DNA from: Sulfolobales archaeon
GTDB taxonomy: Archaea; Thermoproteota; Thermoprotei_A; Sulfolobales; AG1
Direction of reading: 5' to 3'
Length of the DNA stretch: 10,538 nucleotides
Assembly: GCA_038867615.1 (NCBI GenBank)
Contig: JAWBYA010000018.1
Location: forward strand, 465-11,002
The notes under the pieces are model-generated. The model worked only from the letters and a program-made list of their open reading frames with translations. It was not told where the DNA came from and made no database searches. This document shows positions 8,691 through 10,538 of this stretch, one piece after another (positions within the stretch are counted from its first letter, which is position 1; each line of letters opens with the position of its first letter). The position numbers were made by a program, and so were the translations under genes.

Positions 8691-9002
8691 CTATGCTGGT
8701 TGTGGATGTCTCCTCCTTATCTCTATTATCTTCTCAGTTGTTATCATCTTCGACAGCTCTCTATCCATCTCCTCCCCAAGCTGTTTCTTCCTATCATCGC
8801 CGCTTCTCCTTAAATACGATATTAGTCTTACGAGGGCTGATAGCTCGTCTATTGATAGCCTGGCTATATCGCCCTCCCTCTTCAGCTTCTTCCAAGCATA
8901 TACACCCTCCTCGTAGGTTATAGGGATCCTAACCATATCAATGGGATCTACAGCTTCTTCTTCCTCATTCTTTTCCTCCCATTCCTCATCATATTCGCTC
9001 AA
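8691..9002 (-). CDS. Small hypothetical protein (103 aa) with acidic N-terminus and helical C-terminal domain
   Basis: TTG start preceded by GGGGA. The N-terminus is SEYDEEWEEKNEEEE. It is co-oriented with and 42 bp downstream of the pilin-like gene. Confidence 0.7.
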   Translation of the reverse strand: MSEYDEEWEEKNEEEEAVDPIDMVRIPITYEEGVYAWKKLKREGDIARLSIDELSALVRLISYLRRSGDDRKKQLGEEMDRELSKMITTEKIIEIRRRHPQPA

Positions 9003-9044
9003 TAGATATCCCCAATATATACCATCTAAAAGGGAGGGTTGTTT

Positions 9045-9470
9045 TTATGCAACCACTTTTGATCCGTCTCTGAGGATGTAGATTGGATATACCCTGACCA
9101 CTGATCCGCTACATATCTGGTTCCCAATGTCTATTCTGAATGTGAGCTCTCTCGTCTTGCCAGCCTCTATAGGTATTGATACCCAGATCCTTGAGGTTAT
9201 TATGTTGTTATTCTGACACGCTACGACAGCCGTTACGCTCTGGAGTGTTGCATCCACGCTCCCCCCTATCACAACCATAGAGACTATTATTGTTCTCTGG
9301 TCTCCCAGTATGTTTAGGGAGGTTATCGAGGATCTCGGGTGGGATACCCCTCCAGATGCTGCGTATATAGTGTTGAGGGCTATTGGATAGGCTATGAGGA
9401 ACGATACTATGGCTACGCTTAGAACCATTATGGCTGCTACTATCTCGCTTATAGCCCTCCTCGTATTCAT
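9045..9470 (-). CDS. Archaeal type IV pilin-like protein with class III signal peptide
   Basis: MNTRRA/ISEIVAAIMVLSVAIVSFLIAYPIAL: short basic leader, [RK][GA] cleavage site for PibD/FlaK-type peptidase, then a hydrophobic helix. The C-terminal domain is beta-rich with two Cys. ATG 9470 overlaps the upstream TGA (ATGA) and has GGTGGAG upstream. Confidence 0.85.
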   Translation of the reverse strand: MNTRRAISEIVAAIMVLSVAIVSFLIAYPIALNTIYAASGGVSHPRSSITSLNILGDQRTIIVSMVVIGGSVDATLQSVTAVVACQNNNIITSRIWVSIPIEAGKTRELTFRIDIGNQICSGSVVRVYPIYILRDGSKVVA

Positions 9471-10240
9471 ACTTCGCTCCACCTCAGAGCCCTGTCTCCG
9501 AGCATAGCCTCCACGAGGTTCCTAAGATCTATACCAGTTATCTTCTTAGATGTGCATCCTATCTGCTGGGCTATGTTCTCTATCTGCTGAGCCTGCACCT
9601 TCACCCTCGTGATAGCCTCTTGAGCTGTTCTCCCCTTAGCCTGTATCATTATGAATGAGACAGCGGCTACAGCCTGGCTCTTCATAAGCCTAGACCTCTC
9701 CCTCTCAATCTCCATCCTCTTGAAGCTCTGGAGAGCGCTGAATATAGACTGTCTCCCCATAGATGCTTGTGCCTGCAGCTTTCTCATCTCATGCTCAAGC
9801 CTCTTAACCTCAGCAGGTATTATCGTGTCTTGTGTCTTGTGTATGCAGTATAGGGTTCCTACTGGGAGGCTGAACACAGCACCCTCGACACTCTGGATCA
9901 TGGCTTTCATCTCACTATCATCCATATCGGTTACAGGTTGTAGGGGCAGAAGTTTGAATGCCATCGCAGCGGAGCATATATCCTCAGCCTTTGTTGTGTC
10001 TCTATTGCATATCACTAGCACATCCCTATCTATCCAAGCATCCCCCAGATAGATCTTGAATAGTCTTGGAAGTATTATGTGCCCGTAGAGGGAGAAAACA
10101 CCAGCTAAGGCGTATAGCGCTAGGATTGCGAATACCCATGTCATGGTTATGGGGGAGATACCTATCTGCAGGATCACCAGGGAGACTAGGATCGTCATGA
10201 ATATGAAGAACATCTGAGACCATCTAGATATCGAGGGCAT
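9467..10240 (-). CDS. Membrane protein (2 N-terminal TM helices) with a soluble domain resembling the VirB4 N-terminal / conjugation accessory region
   Basis: ATG 10240 (MPSISR) has GGTGG upstream, while the ORF track starts at 10276. TM1 is MFFIFMTILVSLVILQIGI and TM2 is WVFAILALYALAGVFSLYGHIIL. A coiled coil EVKRLEHEMRKLQ follows. The C-terminal SFIMIQAKGRTAQEAITRVKVQAQQIENIAQQIGCTSKKITGIDLRNLVEAML matches by eye the strand-helix-strand-helix that precedes VirB4 ATPase domains. Confidence 0.75.
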   Translation of the reverse strand: MPSISRWSQMFFIFMTILVSLVILQIGISPITMTWVFAILALYALAGVFSLYGHIILPRLFKIYLGDAWIDRDVLVICNRDTTKAEDICSAAMAFKLLPLQPVTDMDDSEMKAMIQSVEGAVFSLPVGTLYCIHKTQDTIIPAEVKRLEHEMRKLQAQASMGRQSIFSALQSFKRMEIERERSRLMKSQAVAAVSFIMIQAKGRTAQEAITRVKVQAQQIENIAQQIGCTSKKITGIDLRNLVEAMLGDRALRWSEV

Positions 10241-10300
10241 TTTCCACCAAATAAAGAGATAACTAGGTAAAAGCAACCGCTTCTAAGATGGGTTAGGATT

Positions 10301-10495
10301 TTAGGGGGTTCGGGTTTCATTGGGCTTGATATTGTTTGATTTCAAGCCCTCTTCCCTTGGCTTCATCGCCCTCAGGATCCCATCGCCCTCAGGATCCCAT
10401 TTCATCGGGATCCATATCGCTGGGCTCCGCCCGCTTTGGGCGACCCCTACCCACAGCTTCACCCTCATTGTTTCCTCAGGTTCATTGCTGTAGGG
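10301..10495 (-). ncRNA. Candidate structured RNA or cis-element (cluster of GC-rich hairpins)
   Basis: Stems at 10322-10329/10342-10349, 10359-10361/10368-10370, 10392-10398/10407-10413, 10428-10432/10438-10442 and 10450-10457/10487-10494, plus a possible closing helix 10302-10312/10441-10449. Confidence 0.35.
10364..10400. repeat. 17-bp perfect tandem duplication
   Basis: CATCGCCCTCAGGATCC occurs at 10364-10380 and 10381-10397, followed by CAT. Confidence 0.95.
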
Positions 10496-10536
10496 AATTC
10501 CGCATCCTGGTTTTCCTCTTCCCTCTCCTCTTGCCT
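10465..10536 (-). CDS. Possible C-terminus of an upstream gene truncated by the window edge
   Basis: Open frame ...RQEEREEENQDAEFPTAMNLRKQ* with protein-like composition, co-oriented with the downstream operon. Only 24 codons are visible. Confidence 0.3.
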   Translation of the reverse strand, partial: RQEEREEENQDAEFPTAMNLRKQ

Positions 10537-10538
10537 CA

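Noticed and set aside
9045-9470. Archaellin (flaB/arlB)
   Set aside because: It lacks the conserved archaellin N-terminus (GIGTLIVFIAMVLVAAVAA-type) and has no archaellum operon genes nearby.
135-10223. Numerous short antisense or alternate-frame ORFs in the track (e.g. 1519-1962, 5058-5513, 7218-7646, 8656-8916, 9651-10052)
   Set aside because: They are largely or fully nested in longer, better-supported genes. Their Ser/Leu/Ile-rich composition is typical of shadow ORFs.
10364-10413. Possible CRISPR repeat
   Set aside because: The units are 17 bp and directly adjacent with no spacers, and there are no cas genes in the window.
10301-10468. 55-aa minus-strand ORF (MRVKLWVGVAQSG...) with an ATGA overlap to the upstream frame
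   Set aside because: It is short, has no recognisable motif, uses atypical codons and is crossed by a non-triplet duplication and hairpins. It cannot be excluded but is not called.
10455-10480. Hammerhead-like CUGAGGA core on the minus strand
   Set aside because: There is no proper stem II and the downstream motif is GAAG rather than GAAA, so the topology is incomplete.

Overview
Gene-dense archaeal DNA, probably from a thermophilic Thermoproteota/crenarchaeal host or one of its mobile elements. This is inferred from the AGG/AGA Arg and ATA Ile codons, GGTG/GGAGG RBS motifs and an archaeal class III signal peptide. No housekeeping genes are present. The minus strand carries a 2-TM protein whose soluble part resembles the non-catalytic N-terminal region of VirB4-type ATPases, an ATGA-coupled type IV pilin-like gene, a small acidic protein, and a coupled MoxR-type AAA+ / DUF2201-like vWA pair whose peptidase motif is degenerate. 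The plus strand carries a stand-alone VirB4/HerA-type ATPase. Divergent from it are a ~921-aa protein (N-terminal coiled coil, C-terminal Gly/Ala-rich hydrophobic hairpin) and a 408-aa orphan. The right edge holds a cluster of GC-rich hairpins and a 17-bp tandem duplication, which may be a structured RNA or cis-element. Best overall hypothesis: an accessory archaeal secretion/conjugation-like locus with a split VirB4, a pilin, a possible membrane-inserting cargo and an AAA/vWA chaperone. No database searches were run.
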